Positions 56,568 through 64,000 of a stretch of DNA of 64,000 nucleotides are shown here, one piece after another. A model generated the notes under the pieces. The model made no database searches. It was not told the DNA's origin and worked only from the letters and a program-made list of their open reading frames with translations. Origin of the DNA: an uncultured Gemmatimonadota bacterium (GTDB lineage Bacteria > Gemmatimonadota > CAZMKB01 > CAZNLH01); the NCBI GenBank assembly GCA_964577985.1, contig CAZOAR010000004.1:6470-70469 (forward strand). The letters are read 5' to 3'. Position 1 is the first letter of the stretch, and each line of letters starts with the position of its first letter. The position numbers and the translations under genes were made by a program.

Positions 56568-57218
56568 TTACCTCTTCATGATAAGTTCGTTTTCCGCGGT
56601 CGAACCGGACCTGTACACAGCCCAGTAAGGCCCCGGATCCGCCGATGAACTGTCATCATAAGCGCCGTTCCATACGATGCTGTACTCACCAGGATCCAGG
56701 AACTGGTTCTTGAGGTGTCTTACAACGGATTGGTTCGCGCCCAGGATATCGATCGCCGCCGAATCGCTGGCAGGCTGTGTGAACCTGAGAGTAACGGCGT
56801 CGTCGAAAGGGTTTTCGAACGCCAGAATGAAACCGCTGGAATGCAGCGTCAACGTGTCCGGAGCCTGTACGTCGTTGTCCGAGACCGTCAAGACGTTCGT
56901 GGTGTCCCCCGAGATATCGGCGACAAGCGCCACGCTCCTGTATTCGCCCACCGACAGGTCCTTGAAGATGTATTGCCCGCCAATTGTATATGTTGTTGAG
57001 ACAATCTGCGATGCGGAATCCAGCAGATCAACTCTCACGTTGTCGGCGTCCGTGATCTCCAGCTCACCCGTCGGGGAACCGGTAGAGTCTGTTTCAGAGC
57101 CCGACAGGAGCACCTGACCTGTTATTGAATAGAGGATCTCCGCGGGGCTCGTTCCCCCGCAGGAAGAACCAGCCCAGATGACGAAGGCCACCGTCACGAG
57201 AAGGAAGAAATGTTTCAT
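56568..57218 (-). CDS. Lipoprotein with carboxypeptidase-regulatory-like beta-sandwich and FlgD-Ig/T9SS-CTD-like C-terminal domain
   Basis: Start at MKHFFLLVTVAFVIWAGSSCGG (AAGGGA SD 5 nt upstream; lipobox). The C-terminus FENPFDDAVTLRF...GEYSIVWNG resembles FlgD-Ig/T9SS-CTD domains. Confidence 0.5.
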   Translation of the reverse strand: MKHFFLLVTVAFVIWAGSSCGGTSPAEILYSITGQVLLSGSETDSTGSPTGELEITDADNVRVDLLDSASQIVSTTYTIGGQYIFKDLSVGEYRSVALVADISGDTTNVLTVSDNDVQAPDTLTLHSSGFILAFENPFDDAVTLRFTQPASDSAAIDILGANQSVVRHLKNQFLDPGEYSIVWNGAYDDSSSADPGPYWAVYRSGSTAENELIMKR

Positions 57219-57382
57219 TTTGATCCCTTTCACTATTCAGCTGGATACATCTTTCGGCAGGACTCCCAGTTTCACGGCATTCAATAGCTGTGGGCATGAC
57301 CTGTCCAGACAGGAACCACAACAATTATAAACAATCGCGGCCAGATTTCCATACATTAGTTGCCCTGTGCTGCCGATCACGT

Positions 57383-57670
57383 TCAGCGACTCGGAACCCA
57401 GATTCTATCTGCCTTGACGATCTCGACACTGCCGGGTAGTTGCAGGGGAGCCCTGGATCTGGTGAAGAACACCAGCCCTCTGTATCCCGTCAGATACTTA
57501 TGAACAGTGCCAAGAAACCATCCTTCGGCGACCACTACCAACGGGCAATCGACCCTGTCAAGAATGGTCCTGAAGTCCTCCGGCTCGACTCTTACTATGG
57601 CTCCGGAAGCCTTGACGGCTCTGGCGATGGCCGCGGCATGGGCCCCGGCAGCAGCACTTCCTGTCATCAT
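57383..57670 (-). CDS. Small hypothetical protein (~95 aa)
   Basis: No family recognised. Start guessed at the MM pair (MMTGSAAAG...). The codon usage is consistent with its neighbours. Confidence 0.3.
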   Translation of the reverse strand: MMTGSAAAGAHAAAIARAVKASGAIVRVEPEDFRTILDRVDCPLVVVAEGWFLGTVHKYLTGYRGLVFFTRSRAPLQLPGSVEIVKADRIWVPSR

Positions 57671-57757
57671 CCGCCTCCCTTGTATACGACTGAGTGAGAC
57701 CTCATGTGTGCCCGTGCCCGGATACGGTTCCGGCGGAGGAACCAACATCTACAGGGT

Positions 57758-58156
57758 TCAGGCGTTGTGTCGGACTGTCTCCGCGAACGCCAGTACGTGC
57801 CCGTCCGGGTCAAGACTGTACGCGGTGCGATCACCCCAGCTCCTCTCTTCGAGCGCGGATATCTCCCTTGCTCCGCTCTCCAGGGCACGCGAGTGGAAAA
57901 GACCCGGGTCCTCCACAAGCAGGTACAGCTCCACTCTGGGAACGCCCTCCGCCATGGCGGGATCAGGCAATGATGATCCAAACAAGCGCCGTACACCCGC
58001 CTCCGGCATCAGACCGAGTCGGCAACCACCGGGAAGCTCAAACTCGGTCATGCCCGGGACATCGAGCAGAGGATCGCATCCCAGGACCGTAGAATAGAAT
58101 GACCTGCTCCTGTCCTGGTCTCTTACGTAGAGTATGATCAGCGTCCCTGTTGTCAC
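57758..58156 (-). CDS. VOC-family (glyoxalase/bleomycin-resistance fold) protein
   Basis: 132 aa. The pattern LIILYVRDQDRSRSFYSTVLGCDP ... DPDGHVLAF is the typical VOC beta-alpha-beta-beta-beta module. Confidence 0.7.
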   Translation of the reverse strand: MTTGTLIILYVRDQDRSRSFYSTVLGCDPLLDVPGMTEFELPGGCRLGLMPEAGVRRLFGSSLPDPAMAEGVPRVELYLLVEDPGLFHSRALESGAREISALEERSWGDRTAYSLDPDGHVLAFAETVRHNA

Positions 58157-58188
58157 GCGATTCGCTCTTTCCGCCGTGTGCCTTCTCT

Positions 58189-58953
58189 CTATGTCCTGAG
58201 ATATGAAGCACCGTTGACATCTATTATCGCGCCGGTCGTGAACTCCGTGCCGTCTGCCGAGAGAAAGAGAACCGCCCTCGCGACTTCCTCCGGCTCGGCG
58301 ACCCGCCCCGTAGGGCTTTGATTCCTTATCAAGTCGCCCTGCGGGCCAGCGAGACGACCAGCGGTCAGATCGGTATCAACGAATCCCGGAGCGACAACTC
58401 CCACAAATATATTATGCCGTGCGAGCGCCACGGCCAGCGATTGACTCAAGGCATTGAGCCCAGCCTTGCTCGCCCCATACGCGGGCATGTCGGGCTCCCC
58501 CCGAAAAGCTCCTCGTGAAGATACATTGACTATCCTGCCGCCACCATTCCGGATCATGTCTTTCACGGCACAGAAACAGACATTCGCAGGGCCGATGAGA
58601 TTGCATGAGAGCACTCGCTGCCATTCGTTCTGCCACACCTCGTAGCTCGTGTCAGCAGGGGGATGGAAACCTCCTACTCCGGCATTATTGACCAGAATGT
58701 CGATCGACCCGAGCGCCTTTATCGTCTCGGTTACTGCTCGTTCGGCCCCCTCGGCCAGAGAAATGTCCGCCTTCACAAGTACGTGTCCGGGCCCCTCCAG
58801 CCCATCGAGGCATTCGGTCGCGGCCACATCGTTCGCCTTGTAATTTACAGCGACCCTGGCACCTCGCGAAGCGAACGCACGGGCGATAGCGCGGCCAATC
58901 CCGCGTGACGCCCCCGTGACCAGGACCGTCTTCGTTCCGAAGCTCATCTCCAT
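58189..58953 (-). CDS. SDR-family oxidoreductase (FabG-like 3-oxoacyl-ACP reductase family)
   Basis: 254 aa. TGASRGIGRAIA cofactor motif, NNAG, catalytic YGASK. Confidence 0.9.
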   Translation of the reverse strand: MEMSFGTKTVLVTGASRGIGRAIARAFASRGARVAVNYKANDVAATECLDGLEGPGHVLVKADISLAEGAERAVTETIKALGSIDILVNNAGVGGFHPPADTSYEVWQNEWQRVLSCNLIGPANVCFCAVKDMIRNGGGRIVNVSSRGAFRGEPDMPAYGASKAGLNALSQSLAVALARHNIFVGVVAPGFVDTDLTAGRLAGPQGDLIRNQSPTGRVAEPEEVARAVLFLSADGTEFTTGAIIDVNGASYLRT

Positions 58954-59332
58954 CTCTCTATCCCGTTTTACTTGTTCCCGTCCCTGTCACCCAGCGCGTC
59001 GCGTCGGCCCGAAATGAGTTCTGGTCGAGCCGCGACCGGAGAGCAGGAGGGTCGTCAGTTTCGACTCAGACGTCAAGAGCCGCGCCAGGTGCAATCCCCG
59101 GACGTCGTTCCTGCCGGAAACGGTGCTGTGACACTTCCGCAGCAACGCATGGAACCATTGCTTTTGACCTCTTCCAGCAAAACCGCACGGCTGACTCACA
59201 ACACGATTGCACTATTTCCGGCGATGCCCACAGCCCATCGCCGGACGCTTCCCTGCCACGCGATACCGGGTCCAGGCCGGCAATACCTTCGCGAAGCAAC
59301 GGCGGCAGATCTCCTCCGCAAGCCCGCACAGT

Positions 59333-60058
59333 CTATCCGCTGGCAGCCTCCTCAACATACCCGGATCGTATGAATATCAGATAGCACGCCGCTGAGATCC
59401 CACCAGACCCGAATATCATGGTCATCACCATTATCTGGTAACGGGCAGCCACCAGCGGTTCCACCCCGGACAGAATCTGCCCGGTCATCATGCCGGGGAT
59501 GGATACCAGACCCACGGCAAACAGTGAATTGACCAGTGGTATCAGGCCTGCCCGAAAGGCGAGCCGGCGCGCGCTGTAATAGTCCTTCTGTTGCGCTATC
59601 TCCGCCTCGAATCGTTCCGCGGCCAGGCTCAGCGTGTTCATCGAATTCGCGAAGATCATCCCGGCCAGCGGTATGACGAATTGGGGCCTGTACCAGGGAA
59701 CCAGGTCCAGCACGACCTGCGTCACGAGAATCAACGTGAGAACGCCACCAATACTGATCGAAGCCAGTGCCTTGAGAAACACCATACGCCGCCTCTTCTT
59801 CAGAGGACGAAGTGCTATCCAGCTGGCCACGAAGAGCATCACCGTCAAGACCATCAGCACCACAACGGCCCGATCCGACTCGAAAATAAAGGTCAGAACG
59901 TGGCCGATGAGAATAAGCTGGACCAGCATGCGGACGATCGCGTAAACGGATGTGGCTCCATTGATCGACCACCAGAAGAAGATCACCACGACGACGAGGG
60001 CCGGGATGAATCCCAGTGCCAGGCCGGTGAGGGAGACGGGATCCAGTGTACTGTTCAT
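59333..60058 (-). CDS. fetB: FetB/YbbM-family (UPF0014) ABC-type iron export permease
   Basis: ~241 aa from MNSTLDP. Multiple TM segments typical of the YbbM/FetB family. No partner ABC ATPase (FetA) gene is adjacent. Confidence 0.7.
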   Translation of the reverse strand: MNSTLDPVSLTGLALGFIPALVVVVIFFWWSINGATSVYAIVRMLVQLILIGHVLTFIFESDRAVVVLMVLTVMLFVASWIALRPLKKRRRMVFLKALASISIGGVLTLILVTQVVLDLVPWYRPQFVIPLAGMIFANSMNTLSLAAERFEAEIAQQKDYYSARRLAFRAGLIPLVNSLFAVGLVSIPGMMTGQILSGVEPLVAARYQIMVMTMIFGSGGISAACYLIFIRSGYVEEAASG

Positions 60059-60185
60059 TTCCGTGGCACGCGACAATGAGATTCGTCCATGATGCTCTCC
60101 GGATCTGCGATTCCCGATCAACTGTGATGACGAGTCAATACATACCGTTTGCGACGGCTTGTCGCCCCTGCACCAGCCGACGACA

Positions 60186-60746
60186 TCAACCGTTGTGCGA
60201 CCAGTCTTTCCGGTCAGGGAGATCCTGAGGCCGGCCGGCCTCCGCCGAGGAATTCCCTTCGCGCGTAAGTCTCTTCACCAGCTCCATCTCGTCGCTTAGC
60301 GGAATCCCGTTCATCCCTGTCAGTGGAATCTCGGGCTTCATCTTCCGGGACCGTTCCAGCGCGTTCGGGTAGACCGCGGTCAAACGGAACCCTTTCCTCT
60401 GATAAAACCCCAGGGCTTTCAGGTTATCGTTGGTTGTTATCAGCCACAGTCTTATACATCCCGCTTCCAGAGCGGCCTTCTCCACGGCTTCAACGAGAGC
60501 GCTGCCCACACCAATTCCTTCGATAATGCTGTCCAGGCTCACGAGCTCACAATACTCACCCTCTATCTTGTACAGGCTCAGTCCTATCGGCTTGTTTCCC
60601 CCAACGGCGACAAACCCCGGAAGTTCATCGCCCGCATGTGAGCGCCCTCGAGTTACTATATGATGCGTTCCCCAGCGCTCGGTCAGCAGATCGATGGCCC
60701 AGCCGACATCGCCCGGACCGAGGGGACGGACAGTATACTTTCTCAT
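60186..60746 (-). CDS. GNAT-family N-acetyltransferase
   Basis: Start at MRKYTVRPLG. The acetyl-CoA binding region is IEGIGVGSALVEAVEKAALEAGCIRLWL, the motif A Q/RxxGxG/A pattern. Confidence 0.7.
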   Translation of the reverse strand: MRKYTVRPLGPGDVGWAIDLLTERWGTHHIVTRGRSHAGDELPGFVAVGGNKPIGLSLYKIEGEYCELVSLDSIIEGIGVGSALVEAVEKAALEAGCIRLWLITTNDNLKALGFYQRKGFRLTAVYPNALERSRKMKPEIPLTGMNGIPLSDEMELVKRLTREGNSSAEAGRPQDLPDRKDWSHNG

Positions 60747-60955
60747 GGAATAAGAATCCATATCATCGTGGCGCTCGCTCAGGATGATCGACGCGCCAAA
60801 AGGCACGGGCACCAATCCCGAGGCGAGCGTATCCTGCTGAGGATGAACGACCTTGCGGGATCGAAAGAGAGAGAATCGACCACTTAAACGTTACGGTGTT
60901 TGAGCAAGGGACCGAATATCGGGCGACCAGCGACAGCATCCTGTCCGCCAGAACA

Positions 60956-62236
60956 TCAACCCGGGAGCACTCGTTCGAGTAAATCTATAAGATGTTCTAT
61001 CTCATGGGTAGTATTGTAATGCACGGCACTGACACGGACCACACCGTCATCCGGGTCGAGTCCGAGCGCCTGACACAAGCGGTACGCATACATGTTCCCG
61101 TAGCGGATGGCCATGTCGCTGCGGTCTATCTCCGTCACTATGTCCCTCGAGCTGGAGCGTTCGTGCACGAAACTTATCGTACTCACGCGACGGTCATCCA
61201 CCGCCTCGGGCCCTATGATCCGGACCCCTGGCTTATCTGAGAGGTAGCCGATCAGTTTTTCCTTCACAGGCCTCTCACAGGCGACCATGCGTTCGAACGC
61301 AGCCTCGATCGTTCCCCGGTCGCATACGCCCTCCTTGTCCAGGTTCGATCCGACGAGAAACCTCAAATAGTCACCGAGCGCGAGGAGCCCCGCGCATCCT
61401 TCGTAGGATGAACCTCCCGGCTCAAATTTGCGGGGTAGATCATCCTTCGAAACAAAAAAATGGTTTGGACCCGTCAGTTCTTCAACCGCGTCCTTCCGCC
61501 CGTAAAGGGCCGCCATGTGCGGACCGTATACCTTGTAGGCCGAGTATGCATACCAGTCGACGTCCCAGGCGTCCACGTCCATAGCTCGATGTGGAGCGTA
61601 AGCAACGCCGTCTACCACGACACAGGCACCCGCTCTGTGCACGCACTCCGTAATCGCCGTGACATCCGCGATTTCACCCAGCAGGTTGGACACGTGAGGA
61701 AATGCTACCAGGGCCGTTCGTTCATTCAACTGCTCTTCCAGAGCGGCCAACGTTAATGAACAGGTTCTGGGGTCGACCCTCCACCACCGGATCTCTACTC
61801 CACGATCAGCCAGACTCGTCCAGGGTCCGATATTGGCCTCGTGGCCGCTTTCTGCGATCACAATCTCGCTTCCGGGAGCCAGGATCTGCGAATAGCAATC
61901 AGAAAGCATCTTTATGAGTGCCGTGGTGGACGGCCCGAAAATGACATGCCCTTTCGAGCCGTTCATAAGCGTGCTGACAAAGCTGTGAGCTTGTGCAACA
62001 ACTCGGGTACAGACCTGCGACAGGTGATAACCTGCGTCGAGTTGAACGTTCGTATGAAGCAGGTACTCATGCACACGATCGGCGACGACGAGCGGCACCT
62101 GGGTACCTCCTGCATTCTCGAGGAATACGGTCCCGGACGCGAGGGACGGGAAGGCCCCCCTGATGCGATTCCAGTCCTGTTCCACCCTGCCTTTCACAAC
62201 ACTCCTCTCCTGCCTCTCCAGATACGTTCCAACCAC
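60956..62236 (-). CDS. Class V aminotransferase-fold PLP enzyme (cysteine desulfurase/selenocysteine lyase-like)
   Basis: 426 aa. PLP-lysine context SAYKVYGPH and the overall class V fold. Confidence 0.8.
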   Translation of the reverse strand: MVGTYLERQERSVVKGRVEQDWNRIRGAFPSLASGTVFLENAGGTQVPLVVADRVHEYLLHTNVQLDAGYHLSQVCTRVVAQAHSFVSTLMNGSKGHVIFGPSTTALIKMLSDCYSQILAPGSEIVIAESGHEANIGPWTSLADRGVEIRWWRVDPRTCSLTLAALEEQLNERTALVAFPHVSNLLGEIADVTAITECVHRAGACVVVDGVAYAPHRAMDVDAWDVDWYAYSAYKVYGPHMAALYGRKDAVEELTGPNHFFVSKDDLPRKFEPGGSSYEGCAGLLALGDYLRFLVGSNLDKEGVCDRGTIEAAFERMVACERPVKEKLIGYLSDKPGVRIIGPEAVDDRRVSTISFVHERSSSRDIVTEIDRSDMAIRYGNMYAYRLCQALGLDPDDGVVRVSAVHYNTTHEIEHLIDLLERVLPG

Positions 62237-62390
62237 TTCAGCCGCTACTGCATCCCCATGAGCCGGCAGCCGTCACTCTGCCAGCCTCGAACCACTCGAT
62301 CAGGTGTATCCATGAATTGAAAACCGCGAGACGACGTCGGCAACCGGACAGGGCGGGACTGTCATCGACCACCGATCGTGCCGGGCTATT

Positions 62391-62597
62391 TCAACATCCG
62401 GAACCGGAAATAATCATAATATCCAGCCTGATCGCGTGCCCTACCGCATCCTCGATGTCAGACATTTTCTCAAGCCGCCTTGCCGCTCCATAGACGACAT
62501 AACCCTTGTCCAGCAACTTGAGGGAGAAATCTCTTCCCATTCCTGATGATGCTCCCGTGACGAGAACCACCTCTCGCTCTGCCTCGCTCTTCTTCAT
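62391..62597 (-). pseudogene. Truncated SDR-family gene remnant (N-terminal 68 codons only)
   Basis: MKKSEAEREVVLVTGASSGMGRDFSLKLLDKGYVVYGAARR... is a bona fide SDR N-terminus. A stop follows after 68 codons, and no catalytic YxxxK region continues downstream in any frame that I can see. Confidence 0.45.
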
Positions 62598-62780
62598 CTT
62601 CGATTATCCTTACCGGGATAGCCTTCGTTGCTCAACTCGAGGCACGTGGATTCTGTAATATGCCCTGTATCCAGGAAACACTTCCGTGAGTTTCGCCGCT
62701 CACTCGGGCACCCTTGATAATTCGACCAGGTCATATTGCCCGCTTCACGTCTTCATGTCAAGGCCGACATATTCGTCTGC

Positions 62781-63212
62781 TCAGAACGATATCGATTGAA
62801 CCGTGTGTTTCTGTCCGAGTCCGAGATCCGGCTCGCCCGGTGCCGCGATCATGGTGCTGAATATGTCGAGGCAGCTGTCATCCCTGCAACTCCTGATCGG
62901 GCCTGCTATGGAGTCATGATAATAGCAGATAACATCATTGACCGTGCCTCCGAAGAGCACCATCGAATAGGCATTATCCGGGCAGTTGCCCTCGCGATCC
63001 CAGAACACCGACCTGCCATCGATCAAGTATAGCTGGTTACGCATATCGGCACAATCCGCGACACTGGCCATCTCTTTGAACGGGGTCAGATCGATTTGCG
63101 GGGAGGATGAGGTGCCTTCATCCCGGCATCCGGTCTGCATAAGCAGAACGGCAGAGGCCAAAATCGCCAGGATGGTACTGAATCTCCGGGCTTGCTTCTG
63201 GATCTCACACAT
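62781..63212 (-). CDS. Cys-rich hypothetical lipoprotein
   Basis: Start at MCEIQKQARRFSTILAILASAVLLMQTGC (lipobox) after a GAGGT SD. The mature part has 8 Cys residues. Confidence 0.45.
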   Translation of the reverse strand: MCEIQKQARRFSTILAILASAVLLMQTGCRDEGTSSSPQIDLTPFKEMASVADCADMRNQLYLIDGRSVFWDREGNCPDNAYSMVLFGGTVNDVICYYHDSIAGPIRSCRDDSCLDIFSTMIAAPGEPDLGLGQKHTVQSISF

Positions 63213-63562
63213 GATCATGACCTCAACTGTTGTCCAGCATGAAACGCCATCGTGTGGGAAAACGCTGTCACCTGCCCGCCACGCTATTACAGGAGTGCAT
63301 TTCATCCACTCGCCCCGGGTGGATCGGCCCGGTCGGGGCCTGATCAGGTTTCTTGCGCCCCGGGTAGATACGCCCCGGTGAGTCGCCAGAAGCTCGGGTT
63401 CCTGATAGACAACATGTCAAACCCACCCGAACGTTGTCTCACTCCTGTATGCACGCCAGTAAACCAGGTGACAGCCACGTTCATCAGCACCGTAAGCCGG
63501 AGTGGAAATGGAGTCCACACCTCCCCCGGGCTCAAGCGGCCATCACACAGAGCAGACAACTC

Positions 63563-63925
63563 CTATAAGCAGGCGAGGCACGCATACAGATTCACCTCAA
63601 TTCTCTCACCCGCCGCGACAGCAGCCGGAACATGGTATTCAAGGAAACCAGGCCCCTCGCAACAAACCTCGGCATTCACAAAATAGTCTCCCGGGGCAAC
63701 CTCAAAGACCGCCATACCATCCTTGTCGGTCCTCAACACCAGCGTGACCGGCGCTACCTCAATCTCCACATCCGCAACCGGGTCCTGAGATGTTCCATCA
63801 GTCACGGATACGGATATGAAACCGGTGGATGGCTGCGAAGCTTCCTCATCACAACCAGAGAGCAGAATAAGACCGGAGACAAAGAGAATCGTTGTGACGA
63901 TCGTGGTACTTTGCATTTCACTCAC
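63563..63925 (-). CDS. Small lipoprotein with carboxypeptidase-regulatory-like (CarbopepD_reg) beta-sandwich
   Basis: 120 aa. Lipobox LLSGC. The FISVSVTDG...VADVEIEV...TDKDGMAVFEVAPGDYFVNAEV pattern is typical of the Cna-B/CarbopepD_reg fold. Confidence 0.45.
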   Translation of the reverse strand: MSEMQSTTIVTTILFVSGLILLSGCDEEASQPSTGFISVSVTDGTSQDPVADVEIEVAPVTLVLRTDKDGMAVFEVAPGDYFVNAEVCCEGPGFLEYHVPAAVAAGERIEVNLYACLACL

Positions 63926-64000
63926 TCTCCTCTCCGATGAAAATGAGTCTCAGTACCTGTTCATCGAGCGGCCCGCCTGACGTCCTGCCGATAGGTCGCA

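Noticed and set aside
57507-58097. 196-aa plus-strand ORF and overlapping plus-strand ORFs (57694..58092, 57704..57973)
   Set aside because: They overlap the VOC-family gene and the small hypothetical gene on the opposite strand. The translations are Pro/Arg/Ser-rich with no domain.
59352-59972. 206-aa minus-strand ORF and the 59591..60079 plus-strand ORF
   Set aside because: Alternative frames over the FetB/YbbM permease gene. The membrane-protein frame is clearly the real one.
1-64000. Search for CRISPR arrays, tRNA/rRNA genes, integrases/transposases and inverted terminal repeats
   Set aside because: I saw no regularly spaced direct repeats, no rRNA-like conserved blocks and no recombinase or transposase ORFs. 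tRNAs cannot be excluded by eye, but no intergenic gap shows a cloverleaf-like pattern.

Overview
This is a 64-kb, high-GC (~58-60% by eye) bacterial chromosomal segment. It is densely coding and almost entirely on the minus strand; only the 5'-truncated mrp/apbC fragment at 2..523 is on the plus strand. The lineage looks like a Gram-negative with a type IX secretion system (T9SS), i.e. FCB-group-like. The evidence is T9SS/Por-type C-terminal sorting domains on secreted proteins, a DUF1573 protein, and LpxL-like and GT9 envelope genes. A perfect TTGACA-16-TATAAT promoter suggests it is not a classical Bacteroidia.

Housekeeping genes recognised are lepA, priA, uvrA, pdxJ, hflX, rarA, smc and a queD-queE-queC deazaguanine operon. 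There is also a ROK kinase, PfkB kinase and ADP-forming acetyl-CoA synthetase operon next to a NupC transporter.

The most unusual features are:
1. An ~11.6-kb tandem array of five diverged paralogs (19172..30738). Each is an N-terminally anchored alkaline-phosphatase-superfamily ('sulfatase-like', PF00884-type) domain fused to C-terminal TPR repeats. A Thr sits where sulfatases carry the FGly Cys/Ser, so these are probably not sulfatases. A DUF1573 beta-sandwich protein interrupts the array, and T9SS cargo and a secreted Gly/Pro-rich protein flank it.
2. A PurM/AIR-synthase-fold protein translationally coupled between queC and rarA inside the preQ0 operon. I propose a candidate amide-to-amidine (archaeosine-like) chemistry for it.
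3. A protein that fuses a BY-kinase/MinD-like domain with a destroyed Walker A to two SPOR domains, translationally coupled to smc.
4. A DgcN-like (DUF1611) and DgcA-like (enolase superfamily) pair between priA and uvrA.
5. A membrane HD-GYP coupled to a B12-radical SAM, HflX and PdxJ, preceded by a 27-aa hydrophobic small ORF.

I found no rRNA, tRNA, CRISPR or mobile elements. One perfect consensus promoter, three clear Rho-independent terminators and a weaker fourth candidate are annotated.
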